NCBI RefSeq assembly: GCF_001194135.2
Contig: NC_068991.1
Coordinates: forward strand, 54,218,067 to 54,282,066
Reading direction: 5' to 3'
Length of the DNA: 64,000 bases
DNA from: Octopus bimaculoides
Taxonomy: Eukaryota
In this document: positions 38,780 through 50,933 of the stretch, in pieces
Layout: every line of letters starts with the position of its first letter
How positions within the stretch are numbered: the first letter of the stretch is position 1
Translations under genes and position numbers: made by a program
Notes under the pieces: generated by a model
Told to the model about the DNA's origin: nothing
The model's database searches: none
Seen by the model: only the letters and a program-made list of their open reading frames with translations

Positions 38780-39200
38780 GAAGGTATTGAGATCATTGCT
38801 AGGCATTGTTTTTTGAGCATGTCTGGTGTTCACAGTAATATTCATCCATCCTCATCTTTAGAACACGAGAAGTTTCTGCAAGACATCATAGAACTTATTA
38901 GTCTAAAGGTATGCAAATTAATTTCTCGTCTTGCTTTTCAAGAATAAAAGTGTCGTTCATACTGATCCGCTGGAGTTAGGTCAGTAGTAACGATTAATTG
39001 CTGCATTGGTTTACCTTACCCAGGTAATGCGTAAACTATTGACGTCATTTTTATGAGCATGGAACACCCCATGAATATCAAGAATAATTCCTTTCCTGAG
39101 AGTTCGAATATTTGTGTGACGCAGCTGTACCAGCTGCTGCTCAACCCTCATGGAAGGAATCTGAAGGAACTTTGGCTTTTCACCTGATAGAAGTAGAAAA
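38780..39200 (-). mobile_element. Highly decayed LINE RT remnant
   Basis: Minus-strand LVQLRHTNIRTLRKGIILD...KNDVNSLRIT and FYDVLQKLL loosely match N-terminal and AYD-type RT blocks. Confidence 0.35.
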
Positions 39201-39248
39201 CCAACAAAACAATAAACTTACTCTTGGATGTTAAAAGTCGGCATTTGT

Positions 39249-39993
39249 ATGTGTCAAAAGATAAAGTATTGTTTATTTAAGAGGATAAAATGCGATGAAA
39301 GAATATTAGATATTAAATAAAAGTGTAAATGTAAAAGGTCAATCTGTTTCAGGCCTCAAGACTCGGATTAACAAGAAGAGTAAAACAAGAGTGAAAATGT
39401 GATAGATCAGTGAATTTCGTTTAAAAAAGAAAGAGATGAGGTATAAACCAAGAAAGAACAGAAATAGAGAAAGAAGCGAATGATATTTAGCGGGGAAAGT
39501 ATTTAAGATTCAAGTAGTTTAAAAACTATGAGAATATATTAAGAGTGTCCAGTGTTTTCATTTATTACTGAACGGACATACCTGAAACAGGAGCCGTGTG
39601 GAACTATTTCTAGTGTATTCTCTATTCTATTATTCCGAATTACAAGGAAGGATATTAAAATGTTGACTGATACAAACAGGATAAAATACGCGGGCACTGG
39701 TTATGAAGATGAAGTAGAACCAGACAAAAAGGATCACATGATTATGAAATATAAATATTTGGCATTTAAAATGGTTATGATTTCAATTTATGTTTCTCTG
39801 ATACTTGGTACTGCCGTCTTTTTAATGGCTTATTATATATTTTTGTGGCATCCTGTCAGGGGTAATTACAGTTCCCATCATATCTACATCGATCATCAGA
39901 AACCTCTTTACCATTCGGAATGAAGCATTTCAGAGGTAATACAATTATTTATCTGCTTTTACTGTTGTAGAGTGTCCCAGCATCTGTTATGTG
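39249..39993 (+). repeat. Copy B of the 0.74-kb duplication containing paralog 4
   Basis: Starts atgtgtcaaaagataaag (copy A atgtatcaaaagataaag) and ends catctgttatgtg. Confidence 0.95.
39660..39923 (+). CDS. inaF-like: InaF-motif membrane microprotein, paralog 4 (87 aa)
   Basis: Near-identical to paralog 3 but keeps AYYIFLWHP (extra TAT codon), with R>K and I>V changes. Motif spacing is exact. Confidence 0.8.
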   Translation: MLTDTNRIKYAGTGYEDEVEPDKKDHMIMKYKYLAFKMVMISIYVSLILGTAVFLMAYYIFLWHPVRGNYSSHHIYIDHQKPLYHSE

Positions 39994-40364
39994 GAATAGA
40001 TTAAAAAAAACCTACGTTTCAGTACCACATGAAAGATAAGGATCTACTAGTAGACAATATATGGAAATGGTTTTAGTGACGCGTTATCCCGAATACTCGG
40101 AGAAGTGACAACGATTCTGTTGATGGTTCAATCTGAACATATTTCAATCCATTTGCTATCAAATAACGATCCAAATAACGATCTACAATTGTATTTATAA
40201 AGGTTTTATTTCTATAATGTATTGCATTAATGAAATCAATGTAAATCGCTTAACTTTGGGATATTTTAGAAATAATTCAGAAATTATTTAGAGATAATTT
40301 TCATATACTTAGAAACCAAGGAAAGAAGTCATAAAATGGAATATCAAACAAAGTTTATGTAATA

Positions 40365-40650
40365 TCTATATATATAAAATTGAGAATGTGTGTGTCTGTC
40401 GGTCTACCTGTCTTTATGTATGCATCACTAAAAGTCGAGAACTACCCAACCAATTTCATTCAAATTTTACACATGCACTACTTAGGGTCCATAGAGTGTC
40501 GTGGGCCAAAACATTTTCAACCTCTTACCTAAGGCGAGCTCAGAGCAATCGCTTACATTGTTTTGGTATTACGTGTCTAAAGTGAAACAATAACATCTCT
40601 AATGTAATGTGAGATAAGTTACACTTTAAATAGTTTCACTATTAATAGTG
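40365..40650 (+). mobile_element. Non-autonomous Helitron-like 5' end
   Basis: A|TCTATATATATAAAATTGAGAATGTGTGTGTCTGTC...accaatttcattcaaatttt matches typical Helitron-N 5' ends. No 3' CTAG hairpin was located. Confidence 0.5.
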
Positions 40651-40653
40651 AAA

Positions 40654-40712
<59 letters not shown>

Positions 40713-41455
40713 CATGTATATACATGTATATATATATGTATATGTATACAGCCAAGCTGTATCGGCCTTTGCCTTTCCCTTGGATAACATCAATGGTGTG
40801 GAGAGGGGAAGATGATATGCATGGGCGACTACCGACTTTCCACAAACAACCTTGCCCAGACTTGTGCCTCGGAGGGTAACTTTCTAGATGCAATCCCATG
40901 GTCATTCATGACCGAAGGGGGTCTCCTCTCTTCTATATGTATACACATGTATATATATGTATATATACATACATATATATATATATATATANNNNNNNNN
41001 NNNNNNNNNNNNNNNNNNNNNNNNNNNNNNNNNNNNNNNNNNNNNNNNNNNNNNNNNNNNNNNNNNNNNNNNNNNNNNNNNNNNNNNNNNNNNNNNNNNN
41101 NNNNNNNNNNNNNNNNNNNNNNNNNNNNNNNNNNNNNNNNNNNNNNNNNNNNNNNNNNNNNNNNNNNNNNNNNNNNNNNNNNNNNNNNNNNNNNNNNNNN
41201 NNNNNNNNNNNNNNNNNNNNNNNNNNNNNNNNNNNNNNNNNNNNNNNNNNNNNNNNNNNNNNNNNNNNNNNNNNNNNNNNNNNNNNNNNNNNNNNNNNNN
41301 NNNNNNNNNNNNNNNNNNNNNNNNNNNNNNNNNNNNNNNNNNNNNNNNNNNNNNNNNNNNNNNNNNNNNNNNNNNNNNNNNNNNNNNNNNNNNNNNNNNN
41401 NNNNNNNNNNNNNNNNNNNNNNNNNNNNNNNNNNNGTTTTGATTTGAAAACACCT

Positions 41456-41790
41456 ACATCCACTTTGTGTAGGTGCCTCAGGGTCTTTGGGAGAATATAA
41501 AAAAACGGTGGGCTCCTGAAACTCAGGTTGTTGCAGGAACTGGTCCTGAAGCGCAACAGCATTGCTGGATCTTTGGCACTGCGCAGTGTCAACCCGTTCT
41601 GGCATTGGTGTAGCTTTCTATCCAAAATTTGGCACAATTCCTTCCAGGATCTTCCAGAGAGTATAGACTTAGCTGTTTCACCCTTTTCCAGTAGCTGAGC
41701 TGTTGCAATGAGACGATCTTCTTTGTGAAGCTTCGCTGGATTGCTTCAAGGTCCGCTGTTAGTTTTACATTCAAACGGATGAATATCGCA
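41456..41790 (-). mobile_element. CR1/L2-like LINE 3' fragment
   Basis: Reads DLEAIQRSFTKKIVSLQQLSYWKRVKQLSLYSLE, resembling LExIQRxFTKxIxGLxxLSYxERLxxLxLYSLE. Confidence 0.75.
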
Positions 41791-43312
41791 CAGCACAAAG
41801 AAGGAGTAACTGAAGACGAATGATCATTCACCTCCTCATTATTGCATTGTTTCATTGTTGTTCATTTTGCTTCATTGAATTGTTGACTCCTTGATGTAAT
41901 ATTGATAGATTTATCATTTTTGAAATGTGCTTCCATAGGCTTTATTGGAAATTATGAAAACAACTTCTTGTCTGAATTTTTCAAAAAGTTGTGCCAGGTT
42001 TCTAGGTCTTGATACTATAATAGACACGTTTTATATATAATTTATTTGCTTCTCCTTCACGTACCTTTCATTGTCACTGTGAGATACTGATCTTGGACAA
42101 TATCTATGGTTGCTACCCTTTTCAAATTATGTTGAATTCTTTTTTGGGGAAGACATTTTCATGAAACATTCATCAAAATCTTGTCTTTGACATTCGTTTC
42201 AGGTAGAGCATACTTCAGTACTTCACTATCAATAATAATAAACTAAGCACTGGAAGGTATAAAGAAGGCTCATGGCGGAATATTTCCTCCTAATATATTT
42301 AGATCAGACCATAAATTCAAACGTATGATGCAGTTAAATATTGTCATTTTCCGCAAAAATATTTACTCGTGGTAACCTAAACTAGCCCCACACTCTTACT
42401 GGACAGATTATCATTTACTCGGACTTGGCCGTTACTTTTAAGATAGTACCAAAAAGTAAACTTTAACCTCAATTTGAAATGAAAAGGAAATTTTTAAAAT
42501 TTCGTTTCCACAATATGAAAGCCTTTACTAAATTTCAATAAAAGTGACACAAGTTGTGTTCTGCACTAACATCTGTAATTAAGTCAATTAATCCTCTTTT
42601 GGATAATTAGGATCCTAACCATGTTGAGACACACACCTACACACATGCATACATACATGTTATGGTTGCAACTCGATTTTGAGCAATGCCATCGATTGAT
42701 TGTTCTCTTAAAGCAGCACGGATGTGACTTTTCCGTCCTCTTAAAGACTGACACTTTTTTCTACAGAAGTTGCAACGATGAGCGTCCCTTGCAACAAGTG
42801 TTTAGAGAGCTTACCACCCACGCTGACACATGCCTTCGTTCCATCTTATAATTTTTTCTTGAGTGATTTGCTCTTTTTGGCTACGGCGAGGCATAGTATA
42901 CAGTTCATAATAGAGGCATTAAAATATCAAGCGATGCCTGAAGCATTTTTAAAGTGAGCCTTGTACAGGGTCAACCCTACTCTCTAAACAACGTATCTAT
43001 TTGACCACAACCAAGAACTATACATCACTGGATGCTGATGGAGCCACAGGTATTACATCGGAGTTTTCCTTCTAGAGAGAGATGTCTAAAAAAGACTAGG
43101 GATTCTTCACTCCAAGCTATTGGATGCCCACTTACTCTACCGAGTTCATCTGATTCTTGATTCGTTTTGGTTTTCTTCTTGTAGGGTATCCAACGAAATC
43201 CACCCTCTTTACTAAGCAGGCTTGGTAGAGTTTCTGGTTTAGTCGCTGATGGTTCGGCTGTGCAACACGTACTAGGTTACATGTTGCCAGTAGCACTAAA
43301 AGTAACCTTCCA

Positions 43313-43390
<78 letters not shown>

Positions 43391-46300
43391 ACACACAATT
43401 CATACATGCATACATACATGCATACGTGCATAAATGCTTCATACATACATACATGCATACACACACACAAACACACACATTGTACAATGCCGAGCTTACA
43501 TATTAATGCAGACATGTACGCATAATTTCTTCCATACTGTAATTAATACTACATGAAAAAGGTCACGAAACGGCTGTAATCTTATGGGAATCATATGACT
43601 ATTATGTATATTTACCTTACATATATGTATACGTACATATATACACACAGATATATACATACGCATAAGGATTAACAAAATCACAAAGAACACGCTAATC
43701 ACAAGATTACGGTTATAAGCTGTTAATGCTGCTGTCAAAATATGTTTACGAGCTTCAGTCAGTGCTGGTTTGCCATCATTTTGGAAAACGATTTTCAAAA
43801 GTTCTTCCACAAGAAACATTTTAGTCATTTTTCACTAATAATTCGAAAGTTCAAAGAAAACAAAATTTAAAAACAAAACACGCACACAGATGTGTTGCNN
43901 NNNNNNNNNNNNNNNNNNNNNNNNNNNNNNNNNNNNNNNNNNNNNNNNNNNNNNNNNNNNNNNNNNNNNNNNNNNNNNNNNNNNNNNNNNNNNNNNNNNN
44001 NNNNNNNNNNNNNNNNNNNNNNNNNNNNNNNNNNNNNNNNNNNNNNNNNNNNNNNNNNNNNNNNNNNNNNNNNNNNNNNNNNNNNNNNNNNNNNNNNNNN
44101 NNNNNNNNNNNNNNNNNNNNNNNNNNNNNNNNNNNNNNNNNNNNNNNNNNNNNNNNNNNNNNNNNNNNNNNNNNNNNNNNNNNNNNNNNNNNNNNNNNNN
44201 NNNNNNNNNNNNNNNNNNNNNNNNNNNNNNNNNNNNNNNNNNNNNNNNNNNNNNNNNNNNNNNNNNNNNNNNNNNNNNNNNNNNNNNNNNNNNNNNNNNN
44301 NNNNNNNNNNNNNNNNNNNNNNNNNNNNNNNNNNNNNNNNNNNNNNNNNNNNNNNNNNNNNNNNNNNNNNNNNNNNNNNNNNNNNNNNNNNNNNNNNNNN
44401 NNNNNNNNNNNNNNNNNNNNNNNNNNNNNNNNNNNNNNNNNNNNNNNNNNNNNNNNNNNNNNNNNNNNNNNNNNNNNNNNNNNNNNNNNNNNNNNNNNNN
44501 NNNNNNNNNNNNNNNNNNNNNNNNNNGCATTATTCATCCACCTCGAGGGTCCCTTCGTAGCGTCGAGCCTTTCCATCCGGGCTATATCCGTAGGAACCCT
44601 ACCCGTTTAACCTCTGACCAGAACCTAATGGCAATTCCTTCCACTCCCGAGGCCATCACATTCGTCTCGAGTGACAGCCCCAAAGTAAAAGAGGCCAACG
44701 CTAATCATCCACCCGTTCAAATGACCCCTCTCTCTCCCTCCTCACTTTCTAGCAAAGTTCCTCGGCTGTTCACATGACGTTACTAACCCTATACCTCCGG
44801 CCCACCGCAGCCCCATAATCTGAGATGCCAGAACATTGTTGACTTATAGCAAAGAAAAGTTGTTTCCTTGGTTCTTCTCTCAAACAAATTAACTCATTCA
44901 ATTTTCAATGGTTTTGACAACTTTTCAATGTACCGAGATTACTGTTTTTAATTTATTTTTGATTTAATAAGTAATTAGTAAATGGGCGTATATTACATGA
45001 CTAATATACCTGGTGTACAAGCTACTCACACACCAACCCACCCACACATACATACACACACACATGTATAAGCGCGCGCGTGTCTGTGTTGTTTTGTTTT
45101 CCTTATCCATTGACCAACCAAAACCTTTAAATTTTACTGAGGCCTTAATTGTCGTAAACATGTGCTGCATATGAATTATGGAGTTACGTTCCTTTTCTTT
45201 CTCCAAGAATCCAAGCTTAGCCATACGCTGCTCCACACAAGTAAGCACATGTCTTGTCGCTCCAGTAATCAGAAATATAATGCTGAATGTGTTTTCAAAC
45301 ACTTCGCCAATAGTCCGTCCACGTTTTCTTTTTCCCGTGATATTGACATTAAAGGGACAGCTGACTAGCACAGTGAAACATACTTTTATTGTGCGGAATC
45401 ATAGTCAAACGCCTTCTTTTAATGTAGTCATGAAATCAGCAGACTTTGGTAGTGATACTTCGCTTCCTTAAGGATAGTTTCGTTAATAAGGAGCAGTTCG
45501 GAACAGTTCATATGTCACCACAATGTGTATTTCACACTGATTCTGGAGGAAAACATTCAAGCAGTACATTCAAGTATTCTATGCGCTTGTAATTTTCGGC
45601 CACAAGCGTCTCTTCTCTTAGTTTTTATTTATGAGTGTCGTGCGTATAACTATCAGTTGGTCTGCCAGATCGAGTTCAGCGCTCATTGTTCTTTTGATTC
45701 GGTTAACGAGGGTTGTCAGATATACCCCGGATGATTTTTCTGTCCGGTAATTTTGCAACAACCATCGGAAGAGTTTCACTGATGATATATATTTTGGAAA
45801 AGACGTTTGCGTAACACTTACTCTGTCGCTCGTTTAACTGCATTGCATCAACATTGTATTGTTTGTGTATATTCCAAACCTCACGAGAAAATGATCACGA
45901 ATCATTCTGGTGACGGGATTTTAGAATTTCTGATCATATTTCATCCATTACTTATGGATTTAATGTAAACTTGCGATTGATAGTTCTATGTTCTAGGAAT
46001 TTCTGATGATTACGAAATTTCTCGCCACCGTTCGTTATTCACGTTTAAGTGCAATTATCTTCGCTCCCATAGACCTAAGATATCGAATCGTAAAGTCGCT
46101 GCTGGTGGTTTCTGAATTTATTATTCATTTTGCATATAACATTAGTGTCTAATTAGACAATATTTTCCCTCAATCTGTCACCTTTTTTTTAGAGAGGTCA
46201 TCTATTTTGGTGGTGTTTTCTCGTTACAGTTAATTACAGTTACTGCCATCTGCTGGCGAATAGTAATTGCTACACAGTACAGTAAGACATTCGATGTCTC

Positions 46301-46789
46301 CAGTCTGTGCTGGATGTTCTTTTACAATTTTAGTGATCACGGATAACATCAAGTAGATAGGTTTCCTATCATAATCGTCCTTTTAGTTAGATGATATAAA
46401 TAGTTGTTAGTTGATATAAATGGTGAAGTTTTGCTTCAATTTTGCTGTTAGCTGTAGATCCGAGATATATTTATTCTTCACTCTTTTCTGTTCATAAGCA
46501 GCTACCGCTTGCCTGTTTAATAACAGTAATCTTGTCTTAGTATTGTTATTATTGTTGTCGCATCAGTCGGTTCACGTACTTCTCAGGAGAGAATCTACTG
46601 ACAGTTTGTTCTGAAAAGCAAACTTTTTTATATTCATTAACAAAAGCAACTTGTATCTGTTTGGCACCAAAATCTGAATAGCTGGGGTATTTTACACCTC
46701 AGTACTTCATCTTTTTCAGGCAACCGATTGAGGGATCTTCCCTAGACTTACTTTGTAAAATTTATACAGATCTTGACTGAATTCAAAAG

Positions 46790-48200
46790 TCCATGCCGTC
46801 CAACAACGTCGTTGGACGCTGGACGGTAAAGTTGCTTGGGGTTTGGTTCGGACCAGATTTCCAGATGGATAAGAATTGGGACGAGGTGACGAACAGAGTA
46901 GCCAGTCTCACCCAGAAATGGGCTGCGAGGAAGCTATCACTGAAAAGTCAGGTAGAGGTGGCAAATGCGTACATCGCGTCCATCATCTACTACCGCCTGA
47001 CCATCGTACCTTGCTCCCGTTCGCGCCTCGCCAAGTTGGAGCGCCTCCCCTTCAAATTCTTGTAGAAGGGGCAGGTTTTGTTGATGAGGCAGTCCATCTG
47101 CTGCCAATACCCTCGACGTGGAGGGCTGGGCATGCCGCGGAGGCTGAGGCATCTCCAGATATTTTGCCTAAACGGTGAACAGGTGTGGTTGCCGTTTGTC
47201 AAACAAGCCTTTCCCCCAGCTCGTCTTCTTGACTGACCTACAGTCCTGGGTCAAGAAAAGACTCAGATAGGGGGACCGGCACCTGGAATGTTGCTAGGCA
47301 CTCACTGCGCTCTACCAGGCGGGAAAATTGGTCAGTGGAACACCCACCCTTGAGTTCTATAGAGAGTTAGTGGTGGAAAAGTGTGATGACGCACTCGGAG
47401 AGGCGCTGGGCGTCGACGAAGTCGAACTGACCAGCTTGTTCAGGAGAACTTTCGAGCCTGGGACGATGGATAACTTCCAGAAATCCCTCGCTTGGCAGTG
47501 CTACCGAGGGGCACTGTTGGTTCGAGATAAATTCTATAGGAACAGAAGTGCTGTCAGACGAACCTGCCCAAGATGCGGTATCCATGCATTATTGACTTGT
47601 GGAGTTATATCGAACAGCTGTTGTCGCGTGTAGGACGGATCCAGCTATCCACTGAGTCTATAATGAAGATTGGCCCGCCGCCTTCCTTTGGCCAGGAAGA
47701 GAAGACAATTTTCCTGTCTGGTAGCAGTAGCGAAAGAGATTGTATGATAGACCAGTTTGAAAGGGCTGAAGACAGACACTTTTCTCTTCGACCAATCCCT
47801 CATCAGCTTTTTAAAATTTCTCTTGGAAAGGAAGATGAGGGTGGGGAGAGAGGTGATTCCTCCCAGTACATTTACTGAAAGGTGGGTGAATGTAGCGAAA
47901 ATGGCACGTGTGAATGGACCTGCTCTATTAATGCGCCTGTAGGCTGGTGAATTTGAGAAAGGGAGGTGTACTCTTCCCGAGTACCCTCAAAGTGTCAGGT
48001 GGTTCAGGATTGGTGGGGTACCTGAGCTAACCCTGGGTGGTTATCGCCCCTATTGGGGAAATCTCATTGTTATATCGATTTTGTTTAATCTTTATTGTTA
48101 TTGTTTTCCTAATTGCCTACTTGTTGTTTTGTGTAAAACCACCACTGTCCCCGTCTACTGTATTGTTCCCTATATGTCGGCCCTAGAGGCCGATAAATGA
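46790..48200 (+). mobile_element. 5'-truncated L1/Tx1-like LINE (RT thumb, zf-RVT-like region, 3' UTR)
   Basis: VKLLGVWFG...WAARKLSLKSQVEVANAYIASIIYYRL and DNFQKSLAWQCYRGALLVRDKFY...CPRCG. GC-rich compared with the flanks. Contains stops and frameshifts. Ends at (AAT)n. Confidence 0.85.
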
Positions 48201-48201
<1 letters not shown>

Positions 48202-48256
<55 letters not shown>

Positions 48257-48261
48257 TAATA

Positions 48262-48293
<32 letters not shown>

Positions 48294-48305
48294 AATAATA
48301 ATAAT
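48202..48305. repeat. (AAT)n/(GAT)n microsatellite between two LINEs
   Basis: Seen directly in the sequence. Confidence 0.95.
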
Positions 48306-49955
48306 AAACAGAACTGGATGAGGATACAACTGTTACGGCAAAACAATCAGCCACCTCTTATATGTGGATGACCTAAAACTGTACGCTATAAACGATAAAC
48401 AGCTGGAAACATTGCTANNNNNNNNNNNNNNNNNNNNNNNNNNNNNNNNNNNNNNNNNNNNNNNNNNNNNNNNNNNNNNNNNNNNNNNNNNNNNNNNNNN
48501 NNNNNNNNNNNNNNNNNNNNNNNNNNNNNNNNNNGCCAGACATACGAATACTTAGGAATCAATGAACTAGATACGATACAACACACACAAATGAAAGAGA
48601 AGATAAGAAAAGAATACTATAGACGAGTTAGATTAATACTGAAAAGAGAGCTCAATGTGAAAAACAAGATAAAGGTATCAACACTCTGGCCATCCCAGTT
48701 ATAAGTTACAGCTACAATATTCTTAACTGGACTCTAAATGAACTAATCAAAATAGACAGGAAAACAAGAAAAATAATGATAGGATTTAGGATGCGCCACC
48801 TAAAATCTGACATAAAAAGGTTATATATACAACGTATCAAAGGTGGAAGAGGCCTTATACAGCTAGAAAGCTATTACAAAATACTCACCATATGACTACA
48901 GAAATACCTACTTCAGAAGCAAGGAAAACTAATACAAATAGTCGCAAAACAGGAACAAAACAAAAAACTTTTCAGTATTTAAGGAAGCTGACAAATACAA
49001 ACAAGAAGTCATACTATCTTACAGCTATGAAGAAAAAGAAGAAACAACAAAAACTGTAAAACAATTGAAATCCAAACTAAAACTAGAACAGCAACAGATC
49101 ATGATAAAATGATAGCAAGAAAGCTTCTTCATGGCAAATATTGCATTAAACAAAACGCAAAAGAAATAGACAAAGCAAAATCCCAACAATGGCTGAGAAG
49201 CTTAGAACTCAAAGCAGAGACTGAAGGATTTTTAATTGCAGCACAAGACCAAAGCCTCCCTATCAGAAGTTACCAGAAACATATAATGAAAAGAAACATA
49301 ACAAGTAACTGCAGAATATGTGGAAATGGACAAGAAACAATAAACCATATTGTCTCTGGCTGCCCAGTCCTGGCTAAGAAGGAGTATATTCATAGACACG
49401 ACAGAATTGGGACCTATATACACTGAAAGCTATGCTAACACTATGGAATAACACCAGAAAAGGACACAGAAAATGAGAAAGCAACATTACTATGGAATTT
49501 GCCAATACATACGAATAGAGAAATTAAGGCCAATAGGCCGGATATAGTTGTCAGAGATCATCAAGAAAAAAAAATGCTTTATAATTGATGTATCTATAGT
49601 AACAGATGACAACGTTTCTCTAAAAGAAATGGAGAAACATTCAAAATACAAAGACCTGGAAATAGAGGTTACTCGAATGTGGAGCCTATAAACAGGAACA
49701 ATTTCTATCATAATAGGCGCAGCAGGTATGATAAAAAAATATATTCAGACAAGTACATAACAAAAACACCAAGACTAACAAATATATATAACATACAGAA
49801 AATTGCACTACCAGGCACCACATACATCTTAGGTAAAATACTTTCAATACAGTAACAATAACAGCATCGCAACAAACCACAGCACATACCCAAGGCACAC
49901 AGAGCTGCGTTCGGTAGTGCAGTGAAAACACGTGATAAAAATAAGACTATTGAAC
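48306..49955 (+). mobile_element. 5'-truncated R4/Dong-like LINE with restriction-like endonuclease
   Basis: SHLLYVDDLKLY (RT catalytic motif), CRICG...ETINHIVSGC (CCHC finger) and RPDIVV...IIDVSI (PD-(D/E)xK endonuclease). Flanked by (AAT)n and (AAC)n(AAT)n. Confidence 0.88.
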
Positions 49956-50328
49956 AACAACAACAACAACAACAATAATAATAATAATTATACTGTAAAA
50001 GGAACTCTCATAACAATGGACCAGTGACATTTACCAGTACCAGCTGATCTAGGGCTATAGCTAAGATACTTTTGTGATATTTTGTAAAGTACTGCAACTT
50101 TGCTTTAAATATTACATGTTTTAATGCACTAAAATATGTACTGATGAAATAAGGTGCATCTAATATGCCTGTATATTTTTTATGCCATCAGATACTGTAA
50201 AAACGCTTAAGCTAATCTTGAAGCAAAACAAATAATAAAAAATAAATGGAGACATACATGATCACAATACTTTTCTGTTTGATGATTTCAAATTTTTTAT
50301 TGATTTTTCTTTTGCTTTTCTTTTACAG

Positions 50329-50933
50329 ATTTTGTCAAAAACTTTGCGGAAACAAACCACGACAGCATGCTCGCACTACAGGATTCTAACATCAGGACTG
50401 GAAAAATTGTAGAAATATTAACAGTTGTAGGAAATCTCAGCATTATACTACACAGATCATTTCGGTGTTGTGAAATAACTACAAATCCAATAGTAACTAG
50501 GACATGGTGAGCTCCAGTGAGTCGAATTCATAATATGGTTTTGCATCCTTGTTTCGCTATTTCACTTCACTAATATTGCTGAAACTCTTATTAAAGGCAT
50601 CAATGCCATACAATTCCTTATTCTTTACCAATGAGTTTGTGGCCATTTCTTTAAATAAAAATGTTCATAGATTCCACCAAGATATAGCTAGACAATATAC
50701 TGCCATTAACCTCTCAGAACATCACATAGACTTTATTTCAAAGAATAGTTAAAATCTCAAAGAATAGTTAAATTTCCTTAACAACTGACAAAAAATTGGT
50801 AAAAAAACATCACGTTGTTCTTGTTATGTTTTCTTTGAGCGCTCCCAAAACTAAATCCAAAGTACAATAATGAATTTTTTCCTTCGTAACAATATTTTAA
50901 AAATCATGACTCGCACCACTCAAGTTTAATAAA
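50329..50933 (+). other. Candidate shared non-coding 3' terminal exon of the InaF-like cluster
   Basis: About 35-nt pyrimidine tract ending TTTTACAG| at 50328, followed by unique sequence with no long ORF. AATAAA at 50654, 50928 and 51124. Confidence 0.35.

Noticed and set aside
42650-42850. Minus-strand KHLLQGTLIVATSV resembling a Merlin transposase or Helitron helicase
   Set aside because: Too short and ambiguous between families, with no termini found.
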